DNA of 64,000 bases. Source: the human T2T-CHM13v2.0 reference genome, Homo sapiens. Within the stretch, counting starts at the first letter, position 1; the number at the start of each line of letters is the position of its first letter. Positions 42,250-55,450 of this stretch are shown here, piece by piece. Location: the NCBI RefSeq assembly GCF_009914755.1, contig NC_060938.1. The stretch is one strand, 5' to 3'. The translations under genes and the position numbers were made by a program. Below the pieces are notes generated by a model. The model saw only the letters and a list, made by a program, of their open reading frames with translations. It made no database searches and was not told where the DNA came from.

Positions 42250-43430
42250 ACAGATCCCGCAGATCAGAGCCCTCTGGTGGCCATTGCAGCTTTGCTACCT
42301 GTTAGAACAATTTTGCCCACCTTGTCTCTCACAGCTGCATGTCGCCACCTGGTCCCTGTTGTCCTAGATCCCTGTCTCCTACGCTGACACCAGAAGCCCA
42401 GTGCCACAGCAGCTTCCCCTGGCATCAACCTCAGCCTAGAAAGGACAGTGACGATCAAGCTTTTCTGAGACGCACCCCTCACTAGTCATTCTTTGTTGGT
42501 TTGTAAAAGAAATGGCCACTAAACCCTCCAGATGAACACAGCCAACTGGCGAGTTCTCTGGTCTTATGTAATAAATCCATTCTGGCAGGCCCACCTCTCT
42601 GTGCCTTTTGTTCCTCAGTACTCTGCCAGGACAGTTCTGGTATCTTCTTTTCATTAATGCAAGCCACCATTTTCCTCACTCTTGAAGGACACTTCCCAAC
42701 AGCACACTGGGACCAGATCCAGGTGTCCTTTTGATTACATTACATTCTGATAATGCCTGCATATGGATGAAATCTTCTTATCCAGTCTTATATTCTGGCA
42801 CCCCACCCCCCATATCCCTGTCTGAACCCCCCGAGATCCATTGCTAAGCACACTCCACCAATTCCTCCTGGAAATTGTCAAATCCTGAAGCTCCTTCAGG
42901 GGAGACACTTGTTCCTCCCACCACAGAGCAAGTCCTTTCCCAGCCAGATCATCCTGAGACTTGACTATAATGAACCATCTAGAATAATACGGGATTGTGG
43001 GCAGTATTTGAGGAAGGCAAGTATCATCATGTAAAGCATCCTCCTCAGCTTGGTCTCCAGGCAAGGGGAGTCTGCTCTCCACTAGCAAGGAGGGGCCAGG
43101 AGGTTCCTCTGCAGGGAAACCTCAAGTCCATCATCCACCTAACTGTTCCCATTCCAGGTCTCTATGTCTCACTTTTTCCCTATTAGGACCTGGACTTAAG
43201 TATAGGAGACTTGCCAGAGTGGTAAATTCAGCCCTTTTATTAATTCAGCTGCTTTCTCAATTAGATATTAGGCCTAATTTTCAGCACAGTCTGTCCTTCA
43301 GCTGCATTCGAAGACAATCTCTTCAAATCAGCTTTCATATCATGCCTGAGGGCTTTTATTGCACTTAACGACCAACTAATCCCACTGTCCTTATAATTAC
43401 CATGGTCTTCAATATCTCCCAAATGTTACT
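42250..43430 (-). mobile_element. Degenerate ERVL/MaLR internal (gag-like) remnant
   Basis: Colinear frameshifted peptides SPLKELQDL, GCQNIRLDK, IPELSWQSTEE, REVGLPEWIYYIRPE and RGASQKSLIVTVL resemble class III ERV gag. Confidence 0.7.
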
Positions 43431-43499
43431 GTATTAGCCAGTGCATGCCTTCCCATGTGTATTCCAGATCAATTCACTACAAGGCAGTCAGTACGTGAA

Positions 43500-43811
43500 C
43501 TGCACATTTTGGTCAATGGCAGACGGCACATATGATGGTGGTCCCATAAGATTATGTTTTTTCTGTACTTGTTCTATGTTTAGATACACAAATACTTGTA
43601 TTTTTTGTTTTACAGTTGCCTACAGCATTCAGTATAGTAATCTGCTGTACAGATTCGTAGCCTAGCAGCGATAAGCTATACTACATAGCTTAGCTATGTA
43701 GTAGGCTATACTGTCTAGGTTTGTGTAATTACACTATGATGTTCTCACAATGACAAAATTACCTAATGATGCATTTCTCATAACGTACCCTCGTTAAGTG
43801 ACCCATGACTG
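43500..43811 (+). mobile_element. Tigger3a-like (TcMar) DNA transposon
   Basis: gatggtggtcccataagattat...ctatgtttagatacacaaatactt...gatgcatttctca...cgttaagtgacccatgactgTA. Confidence 0.8.
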
Positions 43812-43869
43812 TAATTGTGATGCTACAGCATGCTACGTCCTGCATTAAAGCTGAGCTTCCCAAAAGACA

Positions 43870-44657
43870 GCTAAGCCAGAGTTTATTCATTTGGCCCCCT
43901 AAATCCACTCTCTACCTTTCTTCAACTTGCTGCCTAGAAGGCCAACATTTATGGACTGAATCAATGGGTTTTCTCACTCTCTGCTTTCCCATTTGATTCC
44001 CACGTGTTTTTGTTTTCTTTTTTAAGAGATGGGGTCTTGCTCTGTCATTCAGGCTGGCGTGCAGTGGCACAATCACAGCTCACTTGCAGCCTTGACCTCC
44101 CAGTCTCAAGGGATCCTCCCACCTCAGCGCCCTGAGTAGTTGGGACTACAGCTGCGCACCACCACACCCAGCTAATTTTTTTTATTTTTTGAAGAGACAG
44201 GGTCTCACCGTGTTGCCCAGGCTAGTCTCACACGCCTGGCCTCAAGTAATTCTTCCACCTCGGCTTCCCAAAGTGCTGGGATTACAGGCATAAGCCACCA
44301 CGCCCAGCTTGATTCCCATTTCATTCAACAGAAGACCAGGGGATGGGAGGAGAGTGAGGATGGGTATCTGCTCCCCCACCTCCCTCCCTACCAGGTCTCA
44401 GTTTGGGAAGGGCTGCATCCTCCTACCAAAGGCTGCAGCTCCTGTCAAGGATCTCACTCCTACAGTTCTCTCTGGGGTCTGACAATCACTCCCTCCTCTT
44501 GTTCCTTCAGCCTAGGGTTGTCCATTGCCGCTGAACCAGATCTGTTTCAACCCCACTTGTTGGTTTCCTTAATTCTGCCCACACATTTGTAAATCGTCTC
44601 TTCTGTATCCCACTACAATAGATCACCGGTTTCCTGCCAGGACCTTTATTCATGCTA
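43870..44657 (+). mobile_element. LTR33-like (ERVL) LTR interrupted by an Alu
   Basis: gcagctcctgtca...actccctcctcttg...cttcagcctaggg...cttgttggtttccttaattctgcccacacatttgtaaat...tttcctgccaggac. Confidence 0.65.
44007..44308 (-). mobile_element. AluJ
   Basis: Antisense dimer; TSD ttgattccca. Confidence 0.92.
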
Positions 44658-46291
44658 CGGTCATCTTTTCTCAAATCCTGGCAAGCCCTTTGTGCCTCAG
44701 AAAATTCTGAGGAGAGTCTTTAGGGGTGGGTTGAAAACACTTGAGTGGCACCACTCAGGATTCATCCCTAATCATCACCCACTGTTCCAGCAGAGACCCC
44801 AAGTACTTGCCTTCTTCTTATGCTAGAGTGACTTCCATTCCTACCAACACATCTGCTAAAGGTTGGGTGGATTTTGCTCCTGCCCTTTGTTCCCAGATGT
44901 TCACCCCGCAACCCAGTACTTGACTGTCAATCTCAACATTTGCTTTACTGTGTTTTAGGGGGACTCCTTGAGTTCTTATTCAAGAAGGACTCCTGGCTCC
45001 CAGGGGTATGTCTGGGCAGTTTGTGCCACCGTTGGGACTCATGCTACCCAGAGTCATCTGTCTGTGTCCCTTACTAAACATGACATGCCACATAAATGCT
45101 TAAGTAAAAATAACCTTGTAGTGTATTTGAGGTGTGCTTCTCACTGTTACTCCAAGTATACTAAGAATTAAAAAGACTTTCTTGAATGTTGTCATGAATC
45201 CAAAAGACAGAGGACATGCTTTATTGGCATTAATATAGGTTTTCTTGGCACATTATGAAAAAGGAACAAGGTTAAATTCAACCCCAAAAATGCCAGAATT
45301 AAAGACATTTGCATAACATTAGAGTTTTGGAGGTTTTTTCCAGCCACAGAATTAGCTACTGTAAGATTTTAGAGAGGCAGGAGCTAGAAAATCACAGGCT
45401 TTTTCCTCTGAGCCAGCCATGCAGTTTTACCCCTAAACGCATATAAAATTTCTGAGTTTAGTAAGTTACAACTTAAATTGAAAATATGATAAATGGGGAA
45501 GAATACTTGTGATTGGCCATTTTGCCATAGCTTTGGGAGAACATCATACTCTAAAACATGAGTTTAGTTTAATAAGTTTTTAAGGCTAAATGAGATAGCT
45601 ATTAGTTACATATTTTATTTCTGTTTTTTTTTCTTTTAATCCCAACGTAGCCTCTTTATTAAGACTCTTAAGGGAGCTAGCGAATTTTGCTAGGGAAAAG
45701 AATTATCCAAATCCAAACATCTTTTCATTGAAGCTACTCTCTTTGTATATCTGAGCAGTCTTATTTCTTGTGTAGATAATTGCTCAGTTAAAAGGGGAAG
45801 GGAGCATTTTCCCTAAAGAAGCTTGCAGCTGGAATTCCTCTGGGGTAAGGAAGACTAGTACATGGGTTTTGTTCATTTCTAGCCCTTTAATCATAAATCC
45901 GGTTGGAGATCAGAGGTTAAATAGAACATGAGAATTTAAAGACTTTCCAGCCCCATATCCTAATTACATCCCATGTGTTTAAATCATTAGCATATTATAA
46001 GTCCAAATTGGGGGAGGATTGTGATACACAAATTATGTTCCAAGACTCAAGGCAAAGAAAAATTAATTTGCAGGTATGTGAGCTGGAGAAATTATTTTGG
46101 TGAAGGCACGAATATTGTTTTGAACTTTTAGCATAAGTAGGCTGCATTTGGGCCTTTTGCCTGAGCTGGACCTAAGGGGCGACAGGTAACCTCCTCCATG
46201 GGTGTGGTCGAAATTAAACAGTCTTGCATCCAGGAAGTATAACTGCATGTGCTGCTCACACAGGTGGGTCTGCAGAGAGCAGCTAGCGGCC

Positions 46292-46480
46292 TCAGATGGT
46301 CTCACACTCCGTGGTGGCAGTGGAGCAGGCTCCGCAGTCACAGCGGATGGCCACGGGATAGGTGTAGAAGGGGTCGACTCCCGGGGCACAGTTGGGCAGC
46401 TTGACAGTCACCTGTTTGGTCTCGTTGTAGGTACAGACTCGATGATGGGCTTCAATATAGGGGGGTTCCAGAATGGGTTT
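46292..46480 (-). CDS. GPHB5: GPHB5 last coding exon (exon 3): KPILEPPYIEAHHRVCTYNETKQVTVKLPNCAPGVDPFYTYPVAIRCDCGACSTATTECETI*
   Basis: CAG acceptor (ctg at 46481-46483 on +); cystine-knot beta-subunit motifs VCTY, PGVDP, YPVA..CxC..C; N-glycosylation sequon NET; TGA at 46292-46294. Confidence 0.98.
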   Translation of the reverse strand, partial: KPILEPPYIEAHHRVCTYNETKQVTVKLPNCAPGVDPFYTYPVAIRCDCGACSTATTECETI

Positions 46481-46539
46481 CTGTCCCCATAGATAGAAAA
46501 CAGAGAATTCATTAGAACATATGATCTTGTTTCAGTTTT

Positions 46540-47412
46540 TTAGTATCATTTATCACTATCAGAAATTAACTTGTTATTCGTTGATTTACTTGTTGCTCTG
46601 TCGTCTCCCAGTAGAAAACAAACTCCTGAAAGCAAGAAGCTGATTTCACTCAAGACCATATTCTAAGCTCCCAGGAGAGACCATAGCACACAGCAAGTGC
46701 TCCATGCATAGTCAGCAAATGAATCATCTTAGTCATTGCAAATACCTTCTAACTGGTCTCCCCTCTTCCATTTTTACTCCCTACAATCTATTTGCAACAC
46801 AGCGGCCCTGAGTGATCCTGTTTAAACCTAAGTCAGATCATGTCACTCCTCTGCCCAAAGCCCCAGTGATTTCCCATCTCACTCAGAACAAACATCAAAG
46901 ACCTTATGATCACCTTCAAGACCTACATCACCTTCTCTGCAACTCTACCTTCTGAAATGCCTGCAACCATTCCCACCTCACTGACTTCCTCACTAGGCTC
47001 ACGGCGGTCTCCTTATTGCTCCTCTGACCCACCAGGAACAGCCCCAGCTCAGGGCCTTTGCACTTACCGTTCCTTCTGCCTGGAACATTCTTCTCCCGTA
47101 TGATTCACTCTTTCACCAACCTTGGGTTTTTGTTAGAATGTCACCCTCTCAGGGAAGCATTTCCTGACCATCCTATTTAAAATTGCAACATTCCATCTCC
47201 ATGCCCAGAAACTTCCCATCCCCCATCTTGCTTTATTTTCCACCACAGCACTGATCAATACCACACGACGTAGTCTACCTTTCATTCGTGTGATATTCCT
47301 CCCACTCTAGAAAGTAAGCTCTTTTAGGACAGAGATTTTTGCCCACTGTGCCTCAAGTACCCAAAACAGACCCCGGGAGAGTTTCAATAACTATTTGTCA
47401 TTGAATCAATGA
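46540..47412 (+). mobile_element. L2 fragments (L2a-like 3' region)
   Basis: ctaactggtctccc...agtcagatcatgtcactcctctgc...cagggcctttgcactt...ttctgcctggaac...ttgaatcaatgaa. Confidence 0.8.
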
Positions 47413-47790
47413 AAGAAAACATTACAAGACAGGTTCCCGAATACTCTGTGCACTGTTCTGATCATCAAAAAGATTCATTTCCTTCCTTCACCTTTTATAA
47501 ATCTTAAGTTCAAAGACAATTTTGATAAACAGAACACACAGATCAGAAAAAATATCAGCACCTAGCTGGAGTTAAAATCTCGAGCCCTGCAGTCAGAACT
47601 AAGGAGCTTGAGTCCCTGTTCTGCCACTTGCTGGAGACCTTGGAAAATCCACTTAACTTCCTGAAGACTCAAGTTTCCTCCTCTGTAAAACAAAATAGCT
47701 ACCTCCCACCATTGTTTGAGAGATAAGGTAAGATGATATACGCAATGCACAATGTCTAGAACAAAGTAAATGTTCAAAAAATGCAATCCA

Positions 47791-48075
<285 letters not shown>

Positions 48076-48108
48076 AATCCATTGTTCTTATTAGTGCAAT
48101 TATTATAA

Positions 48109-48578
<470 letters not shown>

Positions 48579-48697
48579 AGCCTTGCCTTTGACAAAGACC
48601 AGAAGAGCTGAATTTGTCCTGAACTGTTTTCTCCTACCTTCCCGTATTTGCTTTAAGTCCTCTTACCATTAGTACTCTGGGAACCTAGGCAGACCAA

Positions 48698-48931
48698 ACG
48701 CCCCGTAAAATTTCATTTTCAGATACATAATTTTTTAGTATAAGTCATCCCAAATACTGTATGAGACAGACAGACTTACGCTAAAAATTTATTTATTATT
48801 TATCTTAAATTCCAATTTACCTGGGCTTCCTGGTTTTCTGGTTTTATTTCAGTTTGGGTTTCTGTGGGGAGGGGATTGGTTTTGTTTTATTTTGTTTGTC
48901 TGTTTGTTTGTTTGCTAAATCTGGCAACTCT
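48698..48931. mobile_element. MER53-like palindromic hAT MITE
   Basis: aattttttagtataagtcatcccaaatactg...acttacgctaaaaatt...tttgctaaatctggcaactct. Confidence 0.7.
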
Positions 48932-51009
48932 ATACCCAGATTATGAGGAATAGCTATTTTCAACAACCTTCAAATGTAAATCCAGCCAGCCTGTCATCAT
49001 GAACATCCTTATTTTCAGACATGCTTTCAGTTAAGATCCCCCCCACCAAAAAATCAAGTGCTTTATAGCGCAGAAACTTTCAGATTGCTGGGAAAATGAA
49101 TCTCATTCTTTTATTTATTTTCTATAGGTAACCTCCCTTTTCATAACACAGTCAAGACATGAATGAAAGCTGGCTAACATCAGGGAGAATCTTGTTCTTT
49201 AACGGTTTTGGTGTTTCCATCTTTCCAGTGAGAGCACAGTTCCTGACCTCCTATGGGTGACCATGATCCAATTAAAGACATTCATCAGTTTTTAAAAAGA
49301 AGAGAAGATGGGCTGAATCGAACGGAAGCAGGAGTTTGAGGATTTGGCACAGAGAGGGCTTCAAATAGCCCAGACACTAGATGCGAACAGGGAGAGGCCC
49401 TGCCAGGCCAGTCCCTGAACAGGAGGAGGTGCCAAGTGCCCCAGGTGAATTTGCTGCCAATTGACAGGCAAAGTCTACTTAGCAAAACCCGATTTTCATT
49501 GGGCTAGTAGGGCTCAAGCCCCTGAATGAGGCAAAAGAAAACTACTTTGATAGAGTAGTTTCATCCAATTTGGAGATTTCATCACTATGACCCAATTCCA
49601 TTCACAGGGCCGTAATTGTACCTAAGCAAGAGCAGGTTACCCTCTGGGTCCCCAAAGAGAAGGCTATTTTTCCCAATGGCAGTGTCCACTCACAGTGCAA
49701 GTGTGATTCTAAATGGCCTTCCATTAGGCTGGAGGATCTACAGCTCCAGGGGGAGGTCCATCCCAGTCAACCAACAAATGTGTATTGAATGCCTTGTTCA
49801 TACACGACATCTTGACAAAAGCTGTGAAGGTTATAAGAATGAACCTCTGTCCTGAAAAAATTTAAATCACGCGTGTGGTGGGGGAGGAAGTAAGACGAAA
49901 AGTAGAGCATAGTCAAGGGCTTACCTGCAAGTCAAAAAAGGCCCAGAAAGGGAGCTGGCACTGCAGATAGGCATCAGGAATAAATATGATAATGACAGAT
50001 GGGAAGGAGAAGGGATATGAGGGAAGGAACAAAATGAGATCCATAAGGGCTATTTGATAAAACCTTTGAAAGTCACTTACCAAGGCCAGAGTAAGAAAAT
50101 GTGCTGTCTCCAGGAAAGCAGGCAGACGCCATATTGCTGAGCACCTTGAAAGTTAGTTATTGAATCTGTAGTAGTGTGTGGACATTCAAGGTTTTTGGGC
50201 CAGGGAGTGACAAGATCAGAGACAGCACTTCATTGGTTACCAAGTGGGCAGGCCTCAGGGGGAAGAGCCCACAGTCACTACGTAATGTGATCTGCTGGGG
50301 TGCTGAATAGCTCTCTTCCTCTTCATCACTCAAACAGCTCCTCTTAGCCCAATAGGATTTTAACTTTGTTTGAGAGTGTTATCTCCACTTTAAATTAAAT
50401 GTCTCTAAAAAGGCCAGGTATAATTGAATATGAAGGAACTTAATGGATCCGTCAGTGATAACCCCAGAGGGCTCCCAGAGACTTGAGGAGGAAAAGGGCT
50501 GCAGAAGAGGCAGTGAAGGGGTCTCACCCTTCACTGGGACCAACGCTCACCCTTCAGCTCAGGGCCTCTTTCTTGGAAACTGGCTAATTTATCCAAAATG
50601 AGGAAACATAGGGAGGAGTTTGGGTCACAAGCTTGAACCACAGATTGATTCCCAGCTTTACACTGACGCTCTACGTGACTTTGCAGCCACTCTCCCTTGA
50701 ATCCCTCCATGTCATCTGTAAAACGGGTAGAACAGTACATCTTGACCTCCCAGAGATGATTCCCAGATACATAGACACAATGTAAACCAAATTCTTAACC
50801 TTATCAATGCTTTGTTAGAGGGGCAACATCATGTTTTTCAAATCACTTTTGGAAGATGCCAATCATAGTTTTGTTTTGGTTTTTTAAGTCCACAGGAAAG
50901 GGCAGATGTCCCAGCTCTACCTCATATCATTTAAAAAGTGAACTCTTAAGAATCAGACCCAAGCTGCTGGCCTAGAAGACACTGTCATCTGCACAACTTA
51001 GCAACTCAC

Positions 51010-51213
51010 CTCCCAGGTCTCACAGCGACCCCAGCAGGCATCCGTGGTGATCCGAAGGCCCCTGCAGCCTGGCTTCTTGGCCAGGAAAGTAAACTCCCTC
51101 ACGGCACAGCCCACAAAGGTGCGCAGGTTCCCACTGGAGGCACCGAGGACACAGCCATAGCCAGCCAGAAGGAGGAGGGCCATGGGGCCAAGGAAGAGGA
51201 ATGCCAGCTTCAT
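51010..51213 (-). CDS. GPHB5: GPHB5 first coding exon (exon 2): signal peptide MKLAFLFLGPMALLLLAGYGCVLG plus N-terminal cystine-knot half, ending CWGRCETWE (68 aa)
   Basis: ATG at 51213-51211 one base after a CAG acceptor; GAG|GTGAGT donor at 51010/51009; CxGxC motif; with exon 3 gives 130 aa. Confidence 0.98.
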
Positions 51214-52187
51214 GCTGCTCTTCCGGAGAGGGAAAGGACAGAGTTTAACAGATCTGGCTGCCTTCAATGGCACAGCCAACCATGCATTTGTCACTATCAA
51301 AGGGACCTTGCTCCTAGCATTTCAGGGAAAATGAGCCCAGAAATTGTAAATGCCCACAAACTCCAACACAGGCATCCAGAGATTCCTGTAACTGGTGCCA
51401 GTGTGGATTCCATGGCCCTCTCTAGATGCCCATCCTCCAAGTGCATTCTCAGGCTTTTCCTTATTGTAACTTAACTGCTGCAGTTGACTTGTGTGTTAAA
51501 GAAGTTTGTCCCAGTGGTCTTTCCAAAATAAACATAAAATATGAGTAACACCAAAACTAATCCATAATCCAACAGAATACATGAATACATATAAATTATT
51601 TTTATTCAGGTCCAGGGTATTTGGGTGCCATGTTACATACTTTGCTCAAAACTATATTTTCAGTGTCATGATGGGGAATGATTTGGAGGGGTTGATAAAT
51701 ATTAATAATAGTATTCCCTATATGCATCGTTACTAAACCAACTCACCACTAAACATGGATATGCAGAAGATATCATGAAACCTATCACCTGAGTTGGTGG
51801 CCATTCATAAATGTGTCCTACTCACTGTAAATTGCTTCTGCTCTAGGCTTCCACTGCAACAGCATCTACTTATGATTCAATTTAAATCCAAATGATGGAA
51901 AGCATAGGAGTTATTTAAAACATAACCTCAATCCACCGTCAAGTCCACCCTCTCTGGGTCTTGGTCATTCCCCGTGCTCTTTCCGGAGCCAGAATCAACC
52001 CCCTTCATGCTTGGCCCACTAGACAGAACTCACGTGGATTTTGAAGTATAAAGGATATGGCATTCATGGACCTTTACCCCCTACTGAATTCATTATTCTC
52101 ACAGTTCCTACTTCTGACCTTACTGTAGCAAGTTCTCTGGGCTTCCCCTCCTCTGGAATGAGGTTACAAATACGGAGAAGCACTTAC

Positions 52188-52290
52188 CTAATCTTGCAGG
52201 AGCCCACTCTTCTTTTAGAGCTGAAACTTGCACTAAGATTTCAGGAAGTCACAATGAATGGTAGAAGTTTGCCCTGGGTAAATGTCTCTA
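52188..52290 (-). other. GPHB5: GPHB5 non-coding exon 1 (5' UTR); start approximate
   Basis: Consensus donor TAG|GTAAGT at 52188/52187; TATA-like box about 30 bp upstream of ~52290; splicing gives ...gattagcATG with A at -3. Confidence 0.75.
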
Positions 52291-52320
52291 CCTTCTGTTA
52301 CTGGGCTGCTTGATTGCTCA

Positions 52321-52328
52321 AATATATA
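52321..52328 (-). promoter_or_regulatory. TATA-like box (TATATATT) of the GPHB5 promoter
   Basis: ccTATATATTtgag on the minus strand, suitably placed upstream of exon 1. Confidence 0.6.
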
Positions 52329-53829
52329 GGAAAAGTCTTGTCAATCAAAACAAAAGAGAGGCAGATCCTTACAGGAACTACTAAACACATCAAAGCCATG
52401 GAATAGAAAGCCAGTCTCTATTTTCCAAAACTGATTAACTTAAAGGGTGTTGTTTTGTTTCTCAACATCACCTACTGAAATAGAAAGTTACCTTGGTGGG
52501 TGGCATAATCCTAAGGAAATAGTCAGAGGTAGTTCCACCTGGTTCTCAGGAGAACAAATGCATTGTGGCAGATGGATTAAATTTTCCTTCATGGTAACCA
52601 CAAGTTTCCTTTGAAACAGGGGTAAGTGACTAGCAGCTCATGGCAAACCCTTTCCTTTAACCGACAACATGTTTCAATGCACTGAAAAACAACAAAACGA
52701 TAATTCTTGCTGGAAAGAACACAGGATCACTACCTGAAAAGATGGAAATCACAGTGAGAAGAAACATGTCGAAAGTCTTAAAATTAGCTAAGAATTAGAT
52801 GATATTAATAACGCCTTAAAATGAATCATTTAGGAAAAAATACCACGATGTTCCAAGTGATTATCTTCCAGCATGGGAATTAAAGAAAACTTTTCATTTC
52901 CTTTATATGGTTTTCAGCATTTTTCACATGTTCTACATTGGGCAGACTTTTGTAATAAAGAGTCAGTCAATATCAATGTTTTAAAATTAAAATAAACCAA
53001 AAGGTATGCATTTGTTCTGTCTGTAAGGACATTCAGTGCTGCTCTGATAGAGAAGTTTTACAGATTTTTGGTCTTAAATGATTCAAATAAGAACAAAATA
53101 TTTTTATGAGTATGGGATATAGTTTATATTTCAATCTACAATAACAGCATATGAGTGGATTAAAAATATACTTGTTCATGGCATTTTTCTGGGTGCTCTA
53201 AAAAGTAAATGAAGCAGACATCATCTTTGCCCTTAGGAGTTTTGATATCATAGTAAATAATGATGTAGGCAGAGACATTGAAGATGCACACTAACTAACT
53301 AGTGAAACAAAGTAAAGAAGTTAAACCATTTCCACTTTCTGCAAAGAAAAGTGTTCTTTAAATAAATGTACTGCTCATTGTAGATTTCATTTTCAAAACA
53401 GATAACAATGCCCAGTGAGTCCATCAATTTACCACCCCTCTCTCTAGAGCAGAATTATTATACATGTTTTATAGAATATTGAACTAGGCTTGGAAAAAGG
53501 ACTTTCTTCAGCGCTTCAGCCTGTGAGTAGCATAACCAGAACTGGAGTACTCTGGGGACGGACTGCTCAGCTGGCCTGATCTTCCTAACTTGCTGGCCAA
53601 GAGCTGGCCAGTCGGCAGTGAGCTGCCATCCTGGGCTGTTTCTGAAGACGGCTGCCCAACCCTTTAAGACCTGAAACATACACACTTGTGTCTGCAGAGT
53701 CACACAATAAAGACAGATTACAAAGGCCAAGAGCATCTTTCTTTCACAATCCCCAAGTTCTTTATAATGCAGAGATGTGGCATCATGCATTCCACCCTGT
53801 CAGCATTAACTTTATAAAAATGACAATTT

Positions 53830-54156
<327 letters not shown>

Positions 54157-55039
54157 TTATAGTCACTAAGCATCTACTATGGTACCATGGAATCTGCTGT
54201 GCTCTTACATATGTTATCTCTAGACCTTACAACAATTCTTTATGTCAATTATTATTTTCTCATTTTTACATTGGAAGAAATAGAAACTCAATCGTTTTGT
54301 AACCTGCCTACTTCCAAAGCCTTCAACAACACTGGGAAAGGCAAATGGGTCTATTTCATCCCTGTAACCAACTACAGTTAATGGGAAGAGGCTACTTGGA
54401 ATGTTGTGTTAAAGAAGGCAGCTGAAATCATTCTAAGGGCAAAGGGCAGTGGCCCATCAGCTTCATCCTGGGTGTAGGAAAGGAGAATGGTGTACGGATG
54501 CCACCTTTTGCAATCTAGGCCGTGTCGCACCTCTCTGTGGACAGAGTGAGAGTTTGTAGCGTGACTTCAAAGGCTAATTAATGCCCTGCTACCTACGGAA
54601 TATCTCTGCACCATGGTGTGCATGTGCCTGCCACCTTCCCTTCAATCTACATTGAAGTTCCCACCATTAAAGTCCCTCTCTTGAGGTAGCAAAGAAACAT
54701 ATGAGTAATGACTCCAAGGATAGACTCTGGAGAATCTTCTCTCCTTTTGTTCCATGATCATCTTCACATGGATTTATTGTCACCTTGGAGGGTGAGGCAC
54801 AAGATATACGTTCATTAGGGGCAGAAAGAAAGGAGAAGTTGTGTATGTGAGCAATCATCTTGAATTCCAGGGGGATCGTGACTCCAGAGGAAGGAGCCAA
54901 GTGTTAGTGCCTCAAAGGGGTGACTGAGAAACTGAGACCTGGTCCAGGGAAGGCAGTCCCACGTGGGGAAATCCTGGGGTGCACACTGTGTGCAGGAGAT
55001 GGAGACACTGACAGAGCCTGGAAACACTCCCTTCCCTCC

Positions 55040-55450
55040 CGCAGCCATGTTGATTCTCAGTGGCACAATCTCCTTTGGGACTACCTTGAGCAAGTCACTT
55101 CTCTGAGCCTCAGTTTCTTCATCTGTAACACAGTGGGGTTGGACCCTGTGACTCCTAAGGCCCTTCCCAGCTCCAGAATTTAAATATTTATAAACTATTT
55201 TATGAGCACAAGAAGCTGAGGACAAGTCAGAGAGAGAGTGCGGAAGGTTACACAACCATAAAGTCAGCTACATTGTGCTGAAATCTTGATTCTGACACTC
55301 GCCAACTTATGATCTTGCACAAGTCTAGTAGCCCACCTGAGTCTCAGCTTCCTACAAAATTGAAAATGCCTCCATCATAGGGGTCATGTGAGGATTCTAC
55401 AAAATAATGTCTATAAATTACTTCTCACAGGGCTTGATACATGATGAGCA
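55040..55450 (+). mobile_element. Two MIR relics
   Basis: accttgagcaagtcacttctctgagcctcagtttcttcatctgtaa; ctgagtctcagcttcc. Confidence 0.7.

Noticed and set aside
46063-46492. Alternative-frame and antisense ORFs over GPHB5 exon 3
   Set aside because: Shadow ORFs of a GC-rich coding exon
51214-51300. In-frame N-terminal extension of GPHB5 in the ORF track
   Set aside because: Non-ATG start that crosses the intron 1 polypyrimidine tract and acceptor; the signal peptide begins at 51213
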